Part shown: positions 1 through 12,937 of the stretch, piece by piece | Numbering within the stretch: the stretch's first letter is position 1 | How the letters are laid out: the number at the start of each line of letters is the position of its first letter | Origin: Squalus acanthias | Lineage: Eukaryota | DNA: 64,000 nt | Assembly (NCBI GenBank): GCA_030390025.1 | Contig: CM059438.1 | Coordinates: forward strand, 68,760,001-68,824,000 | Reading direction: 5' to 3' | Program-made: the position numbers and the translations under genes | Notes under the pieces: generated by a model | Told to the model about the DNA's origin: nothing | Seen by the model: only the letters and a program-made list of their open reading frames with translations | Databases searched by the model: none

Positions 1-155
1 CTGAAAGACGGCACCTCCAACAGTGCAGCAATTCCTTCAGTACTGCCCTGGAGTGTCAGCTTAGATTTTTGTGCTCAACTCTCTGGATTGGGACTTCAAA
101 CCACTGCTTTCTGACTCAGAGGCGAGGGTGCTACCAACTGAGCCACAGCTGACAC
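1..155 (-). mobile_element. 5' part (tRNA-derived head and start of Deu domain) of a SacSINE1/DeuSINE-type SINE, cut by the window edge
   Basis: The reverse complement matches the head of the full copy at 35176-35612: GTGTCAGCTGTGGCTCAGTTGGTAGCAC A-box and GGTTTGAAGTCCCA B-box-like motif. Confidence 0.8.
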
Positions 156-1647
156 TGCTGTGTCAGAGATGGTAGTCCCTCGTTCTGGGATCTGATTGTT
201 ATGTTCCTTTAACCAATCAAGCATTCCTACATTGAGATTCCCACATTATTACAGACTTTTTATAATGTATAGTCAGGTTGTGGCTATGAAAAACATGAGA
301 CTTTTAATGTGTGCTGCAATCTATTTTAAAATTAGACAACAGATTGAGAGTATTAAACATGCCGAGTAATTGTTGAGACAGTACACTTGGCTCACATTTA
401 TGCATTAACATCTTGGGTCTGAATTGAGAATTCTGTGTAATTAGAGCGGCTGTTAAATGTGTAACATTGGAATTCCAGGCTCAAATCTGAACTATACTTT
501 AATGTGTTTACAAAAAGCCAATTATAAAACAAACTCTTGAAAGTAAGCAGAGGAAATACGTGCTAGCAATCCAGAGGACCATCTGGTTCTTCTTAAGGAG
601 GTCTTCTATGTTAAATTATGTTTCACAAATGGCCATGTTGTTTAGTTTCTGTATGTCATAAAGAGCAGAACTGCCAATTCTGATTTTTTTTTGTTAAGCA
701 GATGGTCGGGAGTCTGTCCGGAGCTTGAACTACCTGGAGAAATAAATATTGTGAAGCTTGCAAACACATTCCCAGTAACATTCTCTGGCACCAACAGATT
801 GCTGGGCAGTGTGACTATTTAAATTCAGTGGTCCCAGTAGCATTAGCTTTTGGCCATCGGCACAGAGTCTGTCTTTTGGTGCTGATTATCTACGGTATTT
901 AAACTAATTAATTGCCCAAGTGATTGTTTCCACACCATTTAAATTCAGCTTAGTCACATGGAACAGTCAATTTAATTTTATTGGGTTGATACATGGTAAA
1001 ACTATTTTTTTCTGCATCCAGCCCTAAATATCCAGTTTCCTATATATCTTGAATCAAATCCTGTAATGTTGAACTGGTTCTTTTCTACACAGACTTATGC
1101 TGTGCTGCCATAGAAATGCATCTCAACTGGGAATCTTTCCTGATAAGCCCCATAGGGAATCATAAGGAAGTGAATTCATCAGCTCCATCATTGCTTTGTG
1201 TCTACATCTGTGTAACTCCATCACCTGTCCCCAATTTCATTCATCTTCAACCCAGAAGCTTAAGGTGTCCAAATGTTGATTTTTATATCCAGGGTTCATT
1301 GGCTACCATAACTGGGTTGCAGGTAGAAAAGCAGTGACTGTCGTAGCTCTCTACCTTCAAAATAACCTGGTGCGTATCTGCGTTGTGTTCAGGAAGATGG
1401 TGGCAATGAACTCACATGTTTTATGGTGAGTTGTACTGTTCACCATGCCAATGGTGAGTATTCCCGATATCTGCCTTCCACTTAGGCACTCTAATGACCA
1501 ACCAGTTAGCTTGAGGGCTGAAGCAAGCCCGACAAGGCATTGATGATCAAATATTGTTTTCCAAAGCCAGCTCCAAGTGTTGCACGTGCACGACAGTATG
1601 TGATGATGTTCTATGTGATTCTTTGAGCCAAACTCCTCAGTTGGTGT

Positions 1648-1925
1648 AATTTGATGGAGGTGTTTAAAATTATGAAGGGATGGGACAGTGTAGGTAGAAA
1701 CAGACTGTTTCCAGTGCTTCAGGAGTTTAAAGTGAGGGGACGTAGATACAAGATTAAATGTAAGAGATTTAGGACAGAGAGCAGGAGAAACATTTTTGTT
1801 TAATTTTATTTACGCACAGAGTGCAATGCACTACCAGATATGGTGACTGAAGCAGAAACCATGTCAACCTTTAAGAATAGGTTAAATAGGTGGTTAAAGG
1901 AAAAGGGAATAAACTGATATGGGAT
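1648..1925 (+). mobile_element. Decayed CR1 LINE 3' fragment
   Basis: Conceptual translation resembles the CR1 ORF2 C-terminus (LMEVFKIMKGWDSVGRNRLFP) seen in other copies in the window. Confidence 0.7.
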
Positions 1926-2685
1926 TAGCATTCACTAGGGAAATGTACAAACTTAAATTTCTTGCTTACACCCCTCAACTCCTGAAGTACTTTAACAGTC
2001 TTCCACTCATTCCAGTTTTGGCCGAGGGCTCTTGAGATCTCCAACCACTGACTTTGTCTTTCTTTGTGACTGGACAACTCACAGAATCAGCGACCCGCTC
2101 AGTCCCCGCTCCATCCCATTCTAAGAGCCTTTCCGCAGTTCTTTCTCCGGTTTATGTTTTTAGCTGCTTGTCTATAATGATATAAAGGTTACTGTGTGGC
2201 AATTAGCGGTGATACTCTGCATTTGAGAGAAGAAATATGAATTTACATTCCCAGTGATCAGGGAATAGTTACAGTAACACTCTTCTTCTGAGGGAGTGAA
2301 TCATAATTTCACTATCTGAAACTTACTTTGTCCAGCTTTACACTACAAAATAGAGAACAGTCCATCATTTATACAATTTATCCATTAAAAGGAGCAAAAC
2401 ACAGCTTATATATTTTGTGTTGATATGGCTGATACATACAGTATTTTAGAAGAGTTTTTACTCTGAGCCATCACATTAATATGATGTGAAGCAATTGCCA
2501 ACTGCCTTTGTATTATGACAGCCCTAACTTTTGTGTTCAAAATAATCCATCATTTTTTTTTCAATTAAATTTCATAGAAGAGTGATTGATCTTTGAAGCA
2601 CAGGATAAGTGAACCTTTCATTGGGTTCACAGACATTTTCCAATTTCAATCCAGTTAAAAGGGATTAGCCCCTTAGCAAACTAGG

Positions 2686-2865
2686 AAAAGTATACGCCAG
2701 GATTTAGAAAGACAAGTTAGGACAATAGCAGAAGATAAGCTGGGAGAGCATCAGTGTGATTTAGAAGCAACAGGATCAGATCAAGATTAGATATCCCACT
2801 TAAGGCTGGTAACCGGATACCTCAGGTTAATGAATTTAGAGAAAGCTTTTGATAAAGTCCACATA
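2686..2865 (+). mobile_element. Decayed RTE-type reverse transcriptase fragment
   Basis: Frameshifted translation KVYARI/LERQVRTIAEDKLGEHQC...LEKAFDKV resembles non-LTR RT domains. Confidence 0.5.
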
Positions 2866-3502
2866 GACAAAACATTTAAGACTCGATTTTCCATATGGAC
2901 TATGCAAGAGCAATTCTGGGACTGAAGTCAAGAGCAATTGTGCAGCCGGACATCTATTTCCTTTGCCTGTGTGCAGGGCATCTCAGTATATAGATAAAAA
3001 TGCATACATTTTTATTGAATTTTCAGAGAAAGCAACATGCAATGTACTGAGAGAATGTAATGACATTTACTTGCACAGCACAGGCCATTTAACACACCCA
3101 ATACACATATCAACAATTCTGATCAGACATACAACATCTCTGCTTCACGGCATTCACAGTTGGCCATGGTGTTGTTCCCTGTGTTGAAATGCCACAGAAA
3201 GGAATTTTATGCAAATGCATTAGCCAGTGTGCTAGATGGGAAATTTATTTCCCCAGATTGCATTGAGTTGAGAACTGGGAACTTGTTGCTGGTCCAATCC
3301 ATATATGTGTGGTGGGTAATTTTTCAACTATTTTTAGGTTGGCAGTAGATTTAACATGTAGTCCGAGTAAGTTTAGTTTTGGAAATTGTTATACATCCAG
3401 CGTAAGTATGAAGGGAGCAATCAAAATATCTGGTTCAACTTGGTTCTAATTGTTGTCTTTCTTCATGTAATTCAGATGAGACGCTAAGCCGAGGCCTCAT
3501 CT

Positions 3503-3580
3503 GAACATAAGAAGTAGGAGCAGGAGTAAGCCATACAACCCCTTGAGCCTGCTCTGCCATTCAATAAGATCATGGCTGAT
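3503..3580 (-). mobile_element. CR1 3' tail fragment
   Basis: Reverse complement of the CR1 3' end seen at 11260-11345 (…GCCATGATC…GGCCTACTCCTGCT…TTCTTATGTTC). Confidence 0.75.
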
Positions 3581-4285
3581 CTCTCAGGTGGACGTAAGAG
3601 ATCCCATGGCACTATTCGAAGAAGAGCAAAGGAGTTCTCCTCGTGTCCTCTCCAATATTTATCTCTCAACCAACATAACAAAAAAAAACATATTATCTGG
3701 TGTTGTATCTCTTTGCTGTTGGTGGGGCCTTGCTGTGCGCAAATTGACTGTCGCATTTCCTCTTCTTCTTAGGCAGTCCCTCGGAACCGAGGATGACTTG
3801 CTTCCACATTAAAAATGAGTTCTCAGGTGACTGATGAGTCCAATGCGGGACCTACAGTCTCTGTCACAGGTGGGGCAGACGGTGGTTGAAGGGGCGGGTG
3901 GGTGGGGTGCTTGGGTTGACGTGTGCTCCTTCCGCTATTTGTGCTTGGCTTCCGCTTGCTCCCGGCGAAGTGACTCGAGGTGTTCGGCGCCTTCCCTGGA
4001 TGCTTCTCTTCCACTCTATGCAGTCTTGGGCCAGGGATTCCCAGGTGTCGGTGGGGATGTTGCACTTTTTCAAGGAGGCTTTGAGGGTGTCCTTGAAGCG
4101 TTTCCTCTGCCCACCTGGGGCTCTCTTGCCGTGTCGGAGCTCCAAGTAGAGCGCTTGTTTTGGGAGTCTCGTATCGCATTTCCTACCTCACAAAAGTGAC
4201 CACACCTCAAGAAAAGTACTTTATTACCTGTGAAGTGCTTTTGGACGTCCTGAGGTCATGAAAAGTGCTAATAAAATGCAAATGC
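3581..4285 (+). mobile_element. 5'-truncated SacSINE1/DeuSINE copy interrupted by an RTE insertion
   Basis: Deu-domain sequence CAGGTGGACGTAAGAGATCCCATGGCACTATTCGAAGAAGAGC resumes after 4184 and ends in the GACGTCCTGAGGTCATGAAAAG…AAATGCAA tail. Confidence 0.8.
3762..4173 (-). mobile_element. RTE (BovB-like) LINE 3' end with 11-bp TSD
   Basis: ORF 3864-4145 ELRHGKRAPGGQRKRFKDTLKASLKKCNIPTDTWESLAQD is typical of the RTE C-terminus. It has a (AAG)n tail. TCGCATTTCCT is duplicated at 3751-3761 and 4174-4184. Confidence 0.85.
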
Positions 4286-4819
4286 TTTGCTTTATGTTTT
4301 GCCTAACACAGCAAATGGCTTTAGACTTCATCTACAGAGGGTAGTTTTCCGAGATGCATTGGCAGCGGACGATATTTCTCACTGCCAGCATGTACTTGGA
4401 AAACTACTCCCATAATCTTCTCCACGGTGTGTGCTTTTCCTCGAATTCTCTAACACCCTGGAATGCAGCTTAATTTACTGCTGGGTTGATTTTTTTTTAC
4501 AGTTATTATGAACTTTAAAGAACATAAATTACAGAAAAGAGAGGGCATTACAAAACTATCAGTGACCTAGTGAATCATGCCACTGAAGTTCGAATCATTG
4601 AAAATTAACAAATTCATGGCTGGCCAACGTTGGTTTTCCATATATTGAGAAACTGTGGTGAAGGGCTAAAGCTGATTATGCAGGACACAACCAAAAAGAG
4701 GAGAGATAATGAGATTTATCAAGAAGCAGCGATTAGGTGAAGCCGAGGGTGAAGGAAAAACATAATTAGATTTAAAAGAGCATTGAAATCTAATAGAGGT
4801 GACGGACATTCTTTCCAGC

Positions 4820-5130
4820 ACTCTCCCTTCCTCCATTGAAGGTTCTAACTCATGCTGAGGTAGAGTTTCAAAGGTACCAGCTGGCATCCAGCGTCTCACC
4901 CAAGTAGCCATTCTTCTTGTGAGCTTAGGTTGGTGACTGTTGGTGGGCTGCTTGCCCATTCCTGACCTCCTGCAGTGTTCAAAGGTATGTTCTTTCCATC
5001 AATAGTCACTGGATAGCCATCAGGAGTGGAAATGCTTTCCTGTCCATGGGCACTCAAGCCAATTGTAGCCCCTCAACTTGACATCAGCAAATTCAACACA
5101 AACCTGGGACTGAAGCTGGGAATTTTAATC
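4820..5130 (-). mobile_element. Old SINE-like repeat; related copies at about 12040-12270 (-), 13020-13295 (+) and 51330-51610 (+)
   Basis: Shared diverged motifs among the four loci (e.g. GATAGGATCAGGCTCAGCTGTCATAACC / AATAGGATGGCACTCAGCCCTGATGCCC). Family not named. Confidence 0.45.
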
Positions 5131-5369
5131 TGTACGGGGTGGTGTGGGTGGGCTTGGGGCGGCGGGTGGGAGGCGCTGGACATATCCTAATTGTACAACA
5201 TACCCTGTTATATCTCCCACAAATTATGTTTCCAAATTAATATGCTTTGAAGAAGAATTTGTGAATGACTCCAGTGCAGTAAGGAGTGATACATTCACAA
5301 GGACAGATGTGTCCTGCTGAATGTTGCTGGTGTAGCAATTCCAGATAGTGCACAAAATGTGGCAATGGT

Positions 5370-5531
5370 TGTGTATGTGAGAGAGTGTGAGTTTGTGTGT
5401 GGGAGAGAGTGAGTGTGGGTTTGGGAGAGAGTGAGTGTGGGTGTGGGAGAGAGTGAGTGTGAGAGTGAGAGAGATTGTGTGAGAGGGAGTGTGATTGTGG
5501 GAGAGAGTGAGAGTGAGTGTGTGAGAGTGAG
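5370..5531. repeat. Compound (GA)/(GT) microsatellite
   Basis: Degenerate GAGAGTGAGTGTG repeats are directly visible. Confidence 0.95.
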
Positions 5532-8245
5532 TGGCCAGAATTTTCTGGCGTCCGTGCGGGCACAATTGGAGGCAGGTCAGGAGGGAAATTTGAAAAACCT
5601 CGGAGCGGGTCAGGAACCCGCCATCATCCCGCCCCCACACACCTTTCCCTCGGGCAAGTTTGCCAGCGCGGCAGGCAACCCAAATGGCAGAGGTGGCCGA
5701 GGTAATTTAAATCATTATGAGGTACTTGTCAAACCCTTAATCGTCGTTTTAACCCTACCTTTCAAATTTCCCTGGATGAGCACGGGAATCACGCAGCTCG
5801 GGAACCACATCTGTGAACCTGAGGTGGAAGTTGAGTGGCCATTGATCCATCTCATTAGTGCGCAACATGAAAAGTACAATAAAAAACACCCTTCTGACAG
5901 CTGCTCACTTTCCTAAGGCAGATGCTGTTGCTGAGTGCATTGTCAGAACAGATTTAGCTTTCTAGAGGTTGCAAGTGTTTCCAGCAAAGTCGGGATCCAT
6001 TGTCACCTCATTGGTAGAACCTATCACACCATTGACAGATTGCTTCTCTCATCTCTACTTGACCTGCAATCTATTCCATCAGCATGGGTGCCGTTTATAC
6101 TGTTTCACCTTGGTCCTTAGAATCAGACCATGATGAGCCCCAACACCAGCAGCATCAGGCACACCAGCAGCGCCAACAACAACACCACCAACCTTCTCCT
6201 CAACCACCTGATGCTGCACAGAACAGAGGATGAGCTTCCTCAACATAACTGAGCAGCAGTGCCAAAGGAGACTTAGGCTATCATGCCAGGTCATCGCAGA
6301 CATTTGCAGATTGCTGGAGCAAGACCTGCAGCCCAGAGGAGCAGGAGGACACACCTTACCAGTGGCTGTCAAACTCACCAGTGCCCTCAACTTCTTTGCC
6401 TCAGGCTCCTTCCAGGGATCAGCAGCAGACTTTTGCGGCATCTCGCACTCGGCCACCGACAGATGCATCACACAGGTCACCGATGCCCTGTTTGACAATT
6501 CAGCCAATGATATCAACTTTGTCATTGATGAAGCCAGTGTTACTGAGCGGGCACTGGCCTTTCCACTCTGGCTGGTTCCCACGGGTGCAGGGCATCATCG
6601 ACTGCAGACATGTGGCCTTCAGGGCACCCCATCATCACACAGGAGTCTTTGTCAACTGCAAGGGCTTCCACTCCCTCAATGTGCAGCTCATCTGCAACCA
6701 TAGTAAGATAATCATGCATGTGTGCACCAAATTCCCTGGCAGTTGCCATGACTCTTTCATCCTGCACCAGTCCACCCTCCCTCAGCTCTTCGCTCCTCCA
6801 AACAGACTTTCTGGCTGGCTGCTTAGAGACGAGGGCTATCCACTGAAGACATGGCTCATGACACCCTTGAGGAGGCCAAGTACTGAGGCCGAGGAGAGAT
6901 ATGATGAAAGCCACATTTCCACAAGATGTGTCATAGAGTAGACAATAGGCATGCTGAAAATGCGCTTCAGATGCCTTGACAGATCTGGAGAAGCCCTTCA
7001 GTACGCACCAGCCAGGGTCTCCAGAATCATCGTGGTCTGCTGCGCCCTGCACAACATAGTGCAGCAGCGAGGATTAGTGCTGCATGAGGAGCAAGGCACA
7101 GAGCGCACAGCCTCTTCAGAGGAGGAGGAGGAGCATCATCTGGAAGATGAGGAGGAGGAGGAGCAAGTGGAACCTGCGGTCCAGATCCCACCAGCACCCA
7201 AGCGCATTGCTGCCCGGGAGGCCAAGGATGGCCTCATCATGGCCAGATTTACTTAACTTCACGCATTACACCCATATGGCTGTCACATGATGCACCAGGT
7301 TCGCACCACCCCACAGCAACACCATAAAGCATCCCTACAATGACCAAGCCATTCCTTTCACACTGACCACCATTGCTGGAGGTAACGTTATGTCTCACCA
7401 TTCACTCCAACTCACTAAGCCACTTCCAAAGGTGCACACAAATTTGTCCATGTGGTGAAAAAAATATTTTCATCTGTGACATCACAGTAACGGAAACATT
7501 ACACAAACATTTATTAAAACACCCAAGTGGCTACCCTTGTGCATCTACTTGTGTTTCATCTTGCTCTTACACATGCTTCTACAAGGTGCTACCCCTGTGG
7601 CTTCAGCAGAGGTAGAGGCAGCCTGCTCACTTCCCTGCTGTGACTGCATAGACACTTTTGGCAGACGTCCTCTGGGTTTTGGAGCACGTGATGGCCTCGC
7701 CAAAGACTGCTCTTCTGCGACTGTGCAGGGGTAGTCTCGGCCATTGCGATCTGAGGAGTCATCTGGGGCTTTGACTGAGGGGGTGGCAACTGGGGAGTGC
7801 TTGGAGAGGAGCCCCCATTTCCATGTCCTCTCCCACCACCATCCCTCTCACGGGCCACCTGCACTTCCCTGCTTGCAAGGAGCTGCAGAGAACCCTGCTG
7901 CACAGCAGTGGGGCCATGAGGACCCACGTCTACATTGACATCCCTCTAGAGAGGAGGTCTATGAACGTCTGCCATCTGTTCTCCATAGATAACCAACTAT
8001 TCTCCATAAATAGTTATCTATTCTCCATAGAGACCATGTGCTCCTGTGAGTGGCGCATTAGCTGCTCCATGCAGGTGGTCATGATTTCCATGGAAGATCC
8101 TACAGTTGCCATCACCTCCGACACAGTGGTGCTCATGTTGGAGATGGACTCCTCCATTCTCTGCACATTTGCAGACATAGCGGTCGCAAAACCTGTCAGA
8201 GCCTCCTGCACTTCTTGCTGCACCTCCAGGATTGCCCTCTTTCTG
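5532..8245 (+). mobile_element. PIF/Harbinger transposon copy, right part lost at a CR1 insertion
   Basis: Left terminus GGCCAGAATTTTC, transposase on +, and convergent ORF2 remnant on - (7589-8240). The sequence switches to CR1 RT at about 8246 and no right TIR is seen. Confidence 0.8.
6083..7256 (+). pseudogene. Harbinger DDE transposase (HARBI1-like), frameshifted
   Basis: Motifs [70 protein letters not shown] and CCALHN are spread over ORFs 6230-6703, 6381-6941 and 6951-7256. The start position is approximate. Confidence 0.9.
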
Positions 8246-8598
8246 GGTGACTTGGACTTGGGATTACAGGGCACAATTTCAAAATTTGCAGATGACACAA
8301 AACTTGGAAGTATAGTGAACAGTGAGGATGATAGCGATAGACTTCAGGAAGACATAGACAGGCTGTTGAAATGGGCAGACACGTGGCAGATGAAATTTAA
8401 CGCAGAAAAGTGCAAAGTGATACATTTTGGTAGGAAGAACAAGGAGAGGCAATATAAACTAAAGGGTATAATCCTAAAGGGGTGCATGAGCAGAGAGACC
8501 TGGGGGTATATATACACAAATCATTGAAGGTGGCAGGGCAGGTTGAGAAAGTGGTTAAAAAAGCATATGGGATACTGGGCTTCATAAATAGAGGCATA

Positions 8599-9288
8599 GG
8601 GCTGGATTTTGATACTGGGGCGGGTTGGGGTCGTGTCATCCACTTTTCGTGTTATCCACCCGACTGCAATTGGATGTGGGAGATTGATGCAATTTTCACC
8701 TAATTGGGCAATTGAGTTCCAGCATGTGGAAACCCATGAACCAATTAGTGGTTTCAGTCTGAAAGTCGCCTCTGATGATGTCATCATTGCTGCTGCATTG
8801 AAGGTCTTCAGAGACTGCCTGGCCTTTGCTGTGAGAGGACCTGCAAAATGAGCAGCAGCAGTCCTAAGTCTGCTCCCAGATATTTTTACACCACCACTCC
8901 CAGATATGTCTGCTTTCCATCCATCCATATATACATCCATCCACATAGCCATCCATATATGCATCCCCATAGCCAGCCAGCCAGCTAGCCAGATAGATGT
9001 GCTACCCGCCAGGTTTCACATTCGTGGTTCAGAACAGGCGTGCTTCACGTAGAAAAAGGGTTAAAATCACAAAGGCCTTTCAAAATGGCATTATAGAGGC
9101 AATTTAGTGCTTGTTAAGGGCCTTAACAGCCTATCCCACTTCTTAGAGTCGGGACCAGCAGACACGATTTAATGAAAATTGCGTGGAGGCGGGATGGAGG
9201 CAGACTTGTGCCTGCCCGCCAGTTTTCGCAATTTTAACCCCCCACTCACCTCCAAACCCGCCTCCACGGGTCAATGAAAATCCAGCCC
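8599..9288. mobile_element. Non-autonomous Harbinger-type MITE
   Basis: TIRs GGGCTGGATTTT / AAAATCCAGCCC. The 3-bp TSD ATA (8596-8598, 9289-9291) duplicates a CR1 Ile codon. Confidence 0.9.
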
Positions 9289-9769
9289 ATAGAGTACAAA
9301 AGCAAGGAAGTTATGATGAACCTTTATAAAACACGGGTTCGGCCTCAACTGGAGTATTGTGTCCAATTCTGGGCACCACACTTTAGGAAGGACGTGAAGG
9401 CTTTAGAGAGGGTGCAGAAAAGATTTACGAGAATGATTCCAGGGATGAGGGTCTTCAGTTACGGGGATAGACTAGAGAAGCTGGGGTTGTTCTCCTTAGA
9501 GCAGAGAATGTTGAGAGGAGATTAGATAGAGGTGTTCAAAATCATGAGGGGTCTAGGCAGAGTATATAGAGAGAAACTGTTCCCATTGGCGGAAGGTTCG
9601 AGAACCAGAGGACACAGATTTAAGGTGATTGGCAAAAGAACCAAAGCCGAAATGAGGAAAAACTTTTTTATGCAGCGAGTGGTTATGATCTGGAATGCAC
9701 TGCTTGAAAGGGTGATGGAGGCAGATTCAATCATGGCTTTCAAAAGGGAATTAGGTAAGTACCTGAAAG

Positions 9770-11345
9770 TCTAAAAGTTGATAAATCCCAAGGACCGGAT
9801 GACCTACATCCTAAGTTTTGAAAGAGGTGGCCATTGGAATAGTGGATGCATTGGTTGTCATCTTCCAAAATTCTATAGATTCTGGAACAGTTCCTGCAGA
9901 TTGGAGGAAAGCAAATGTAACCCCGCAATTTAAGAAAGGAAGGAGAGAGAAAACGGGGAACTACAGACCTATTAGCCTCACATCAGTAGTTGGGGAAAAT
10001 GCTGGAATCTATTATAAAGGATGCAATAACTGGGCACTTAGAAACTAATAGTAAGATTGGGCAGAGTCAACATGGATTTATGAAAGGGAAATCCTGTTTG
10101 ACAAACCTATTGGAGTTCTTTGAGGATGTAACTAGTGGAGTAGACAAAGGGGAACCGGTAGATGTGGTGAATCTGGATTTTCAGAAGGCCTTTGATAAGG
10201 TCCCACACAAGAGGTTGGTGAACAAAATTAGGGCACATGGAATTGCGGGTAATATACTAGCATGGATTGAGAATTGGTTAACAGACAGAAAACAAAGAGT
10301 AGGGATAAACGGGTCTTTTTCAGGATGGCAGGCTGTGACTAGTGGGATACTGCAAGGATCGGTGCTTGGGCCCCAGCTATTCACAATCTATATCAATGAT
10401 TTGGATGAGGGAACTAAATGTAACATTTCCAAATTTGCTGATGATACAATGCTAGGTGGCAGTGTCAGTTGCGAAGAGGATGTGAAGAGGCTTCAAGGGG
10501 ATCTCAACAAGCTCAGTGAGTGGGCGAGAACATGGCAGATGGAATATAATGTGGATAAATGTGAAGTTATCCACTTTGGTAGAAAAAACAGAAATGGTGA
10601 AAGATTGGGGAATGCAGATGCTCAAAGGGACCTGGGTGTCCTTGTACATGAGTCACTGAAAGTGAATGTGCAGGTGCAGCAAGCCATTAGGAAGGCAAAT
10701 GGTATGCTGGCCTTCATTACAAGAGGATTTGAGTACAGGAGTAAAGAAGTCTTACTCCAATTATATAGGGCCTTGGTGAGACCACACCTGGAGTACTGTG
10801 TACAATTTTGGTCTCCTTACCTAAGGAAGGATATACTTGCCATAGAGGGAGTGCAACGAAGGTTCACGAGATTGATTCCTGGGATGGCGGGACTGTCGTA
10901 TGAGAAGAAATTGAGTAAACTGGGCCTGTATTCCCTTGAATTCAGAAGAATGAGAGGGGATCTCATTGAAGCATACAAAATTATTACAGGGCTTGATAGG
11001 ATGGATGCTGGGAGAATGTTTCCCCTGGCTGGGGAGTCTAGAACCAGGGGCCACAGCCTCAGGATAAAGGGTAGGCCATTCAGGACTGAGATGAGAAGAA
11101 ATTTCTTCACACAGAGGGTGGTGAATCTTTGGAATTCTCTACCCCAGAGGACTGTGGAGGCTCAGTCATTGGGTATATTCAAAACAGAAGTCGATAGATT
11201 TCTGACCAGTAAAGGCATCAAGGAATATGGCGATAGGACCGGTGAATGGAGTTGAGGCAGAAGATCAGCCATGATCTCATTGAATGGCGGAGCAGGCTCG
11301 AAGGGACAAATGGCCTACTCCTGCTCTATTTCTTATGTTCTTATG
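9770..11345 (+). mobile_element. CR1 LINE (copy B), 5'-truncated
   Basis: Long RT ORF followed by a 3' UTR and (TTCTTATG)n tail. It is inserted into the 3' end of copy A. Confidence 0.95.
9990..11255 (+). pseudogene. CR1 ORF2 reverse transcriptase domain and C-terminus (421-aa uninterrupted stretch)
   Basis: Motifs QHGFMKGKSCLTNLLEF, LDFQKAFDKVPH, QGSVLGPQLF and FADD. The upstream NYRPISLTS lies in another frame (frameshift near 9995). Confidence 0.95.
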
Positions 11346-12486
11346 AAGGAAAAATTTGCAGGGCTACGGGGAGAGGGCGGGGGAGTGGGACTAGCTGAAG
11401 TGCTCTTGCAGAGAGCCGGCACGGGCTCGACGGGCCAAAATGGCCTCCTTCTGTGCTGTAACCATTCTATGATACTATGATTCTAAATTTTAAGAGAAAG
11501 CCATTTTAATAACATGTAACCTAACTGATATAAATGAAAGGTTGTGAAGACCTATACGTCTCAGTAATTATTATTGATTCAAATTGCAAAAAAAGATGTG
11601 TAAATGCTTTTTTAAGTATGTGATTAATTGTTTCTTCAGAAGTATTACCATCATTCTTAAATACAGAAAGTATAAATGTACTTTGTTATCAGCTTAATAG
11701 GAGTAATTCAAAATAGGATAAATTGATATGGATAAAATATAGGTAATTTCATCATTTTGCTTCAGCACCACTACATAAAGCAATATGAACATTATGGTAC
11801 AGTTTAAGGACACAGTAAATTTAGGACATTTGCATATAGATGAAATTTAAGTCTGTACGGTTTAGAATGTGCTTTGGAATAACATAAGCAATTATTCTTA
11901 CTATATTTAACAATGAATTCTCTTAGAACCAGCTGACAGGATAAGTTTCCATAAATCTGTTTCTATAAACATGTTAATTCACTTTTTTAAAACACAACTT
12001 ATTTCATGTTGATTTTTTTTCTTTCTTGCCAATTTTTTGCCACTAACCTGCTCTTCTGAAACCGACGATTCCTTGCAGGGATCCAGTCCAATGGGTATCA
12101 GGTGTCCCAGGATACCTCCCCCAACTGGGCATTCTTTATGTGTGACCCCTGATTAAGCAGATTGTCAAGTCTTGCAAGCGCTCCCAACCTAGGGGCACCG
12201 AGGCCATTTGTGTCCCTAGTAGTATCCCAGCTGAGTCAGCACAGACAAAGGAACAAACTGGTACCTGCATAATCAGAATAATTCATTTCCCTCACCCACC
12301 TCACCCCCCAATATCTGAACCCACTGAGTGAATTCACAGTGCTTTCAAGTGGGCTTTTCTCTTATTATCTTAGGAATTTTGCTATACTGTAAATATGCAG
12401 ATCAACAAGTTGCGGTGTTTGAATAAAATGGAGAAATTCTAAGTACTACAAAGTGCCTCACTGTATTTTACAGAGAAAGAAACAAA

Positions 12487-12937
12487 CAGCTTTGATGTAT
12501 ATAAAACGCTTTTCATGTCCTCAAGATGTCCCAGAGCACTTCAGAGCCAGTGAGGTACTTTTGAAGAGTAGTCACTGTAGTAATGTGTCACTGTAGTAAT
12601 GTAGGCAAACGCAGCAGCCAATTGCGAACAACAAGGTCCCACAAACAGCCATGAGATGAATGAGCAGGTAATCTGTTTTTGGTGGTGTTGGTTGAGGAAT
12701 AAAAGTTGGGCAGGATACTGGGAGAACGCTCCTGCTGCTCTTCGGCAAATAGGGCCATGGGTCACTTTTACGACCATCTGAAGGGGAAAACGATTTAACA
12801 TCTCATCCATAATATGGCACCTCCGACGGGGCAGCACTCCCTCAGTACCGCACTGAAGTGTTAGCCGAGATTTTCTGCTCAAGTCTTTGGAGTGGGAAGA
12901 ACGAGGCAGGAATGCTACCATTGAGCCGAGGCTGACA
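12487..12937 (-). mobile_element. SacSINE1/DeuSINE copy, near full length
   Basis: Reverse-complement similarity to 35176-35612 along the head, Deu domain and tail. Confidence 0.8.

Larger units (their letters stand above)
8246..11485 (+). mobile_element. CR1 LINE (copy A), 5'-truncated, split by a MITE (8599-9288) and a second CR1 (9770-11345)
   Basis: RT motifs ISKFADDTKL and RPQLEYCVQFW are present. The frame FINRG|I|EYKSKEV is continuous across the MITE. The 3' end resumes at about 11344 and ends in an (ATTCTATG)n tail. Confidence 0.9.

Noticed and set aside
5224..5916. His/Thr/Ser- and Val/Glu-rich ORFs
   Set aside because: They are translations of the (GA)/(GT) microsatellite and the Harbinger terminus.
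6083..7256. Host HARBI1 gene
   Set aside because: It is frameshifted, lies inside a TIR-bearing element with a partner ORF, and has several paralogous copies in the window. It is a transposase, not the domesticated gene.
7823..8527. 234-aa apparent fusion ORF
   Set aside because: It is chance read-through from antisense Harbinger ORF2 into a CR1 RT fragment at an insertion junction.
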